A stretch of DNA of 64,000 bases from positions 45,074,001 through 45,138,000 of the forward strand of contig NC_073385.1 of assembly GCF_028641065.1 (NCBI RefSeq). Reading direction: 5' to 3'. Positions within the stretch are counted from its first letter, which is position 1. The number at the start of each line of letters is the position of its first letter. The notes beneath the pieces were generated by a model. It ran no database searches. It was not told where the DNA came from and saw only the letters and a list, made by a program, of their open reading frames with translations. This DNA comes from Leucoraja erinacea (taxonomy: Eukaryota). Shown here in pieces: positions 62,924 to 64,000 of the stretch. Position numbers and translations under genes: made by a program.

Positions 62924-63744
62924 CATGTTCTGTCTAATTCCTCTGTGCAAATGGGCACAGGGCACCTGACCTCGAGAAAGGCCATAGCTGCAAGGCAGAA
63001 TACCCACTGCTTCCACAGAGCAGTGACCATTCTGGTTAATCCTGACCCCTGAGCCACAATCAATATACCTTCATTTACTAATAATGTCTTCACATCAAAG
63101 TGACAGATAAGAAACAGGGATCCAATATTCACCATTTATTTAGCTATCTCTCTCTCTCTCATTTTTGTTTTAAGTTGCAAAATAGTTTTGAGTTCCAATA
63201 AGATTTTTAAATGGTCTGCTTTATTTTGCATCCATCATCGAAACAGGAAAGCATTTTGCTCTCTTGGAGTTGCGATTCCGCCTTAGTATGTGCATTGAGA
63301 AAGGATTAAACCCAGAACCTTACAGCTGAAAGGTTGGTAAACAGATTTCTGTGAGTTGCTTGTTCTCTCCTTTCTAAAGTTCTCCAATAAGAACAAACAT
63401 TCGTACAAGTTCTGAACACTTACACAGTCAACACTTCACAAGGAAAATATCTGGAGGCCAACAAGTTGCTCCATTACCCTATTAGCCTGGTTTAGTACTG
63501 CTGATTAGAGGCAGCTCAGAGGGAAGCATTTTAATATATACCTGCCCCTCATGTGATGTTATGACTACCCACTGAAGTGGCAAAGTGAATGGAGAATACT
63601 GTCATTAATCCAATCTACTCAAATGCCGGATGCTACAAGAGTGCGTCTACCTCACATGATGAGAGGAAGAGTTCACACGTTGGCCATTCCTGGACAATTT
63701 CTATGCAGCAGTGTCACACCATAATAAAAGGTAACAAAAAGTTA

Positions 63745-64000
63745 CACAACATGCTGGAACAGCACCTCATACAGTATTTCACTTGGGCAATTTACAACCC
63801 AGCTGTATGAATATGATTCCTCTAATTTCAGGTAGCCCTTGCATTCCCTCTCTCTCTCTGCCCCACCCCCAATTTAACCACCCTGCTGGTTCCACTGTTC
63901 ACATTCATATACCCTTTTCGTGATCACCTCTTCCACAGCCAACAATGGATCATTGTGGCTCCGCCTTTCCTTGGTTATTGGTGCCGGCTCTGATTTGTTT
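63745..64000 (+). mobile_element. Penelope-like element, GIY-YIG C-terminus remnant and 3' region
   Basis: Frameshifted LEQHLI..F.LG.LQP..MN...SNF, resembling the Penelope endonuclease end, followed by a pyrimidine-rich 3' region. Confidence 0.6.

Overview
This is eukaryotic vertebrate genomic DNA. The SINE/LINE families point to a cartilaginous fish, probably a skate or ray (inference). The window holds the 3' half of the TALE-homeobox gene MEIS2 on the minus strand. Five exons were reconstructed by hand: 45269-45345 ([26 protein letters not shown]), 7145-7203 (FINARRRIVQPMIDQSNRA, followed by a GC-AG intron), 4618-4728 (alternative acceptor at 4707), the stop-containing cassette exon 4217-4312, and the terminal exon (CDS 1669-1955) with a ~1.5 kb 3' UTR. 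The upstream exons lie beyond position 64000. The rest is intron. TE-dense blocks (tRNA-headed HE1/V-SINE-like SINEs, CR1 and Rex1/Babar LINE ends, Penelope-derived fold-back elements with hammerhead-like motifs, MITEs, a probable solo LTR, several nested insertions) alternate with TE-free blocks rich in homeodomain/PBX/MEIS/TCF motifs that are candidate conserved enhancers. There are two assembly gaps. Almost all ORFs in the supplied track are spurious. I found no convincing wholly new system. The best leads are isoform-level regulation of MEIS2 (GC donor, NMD-escaping in-frame stop exon, RBFOX motif cluster, isoform-dependent miR-204 site) and the ribozyme-like Penelope hairpins. Exon boundaries are exact. 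Repeat boundaries were read by eye and are approximate unless TSDs or TIRs are given.
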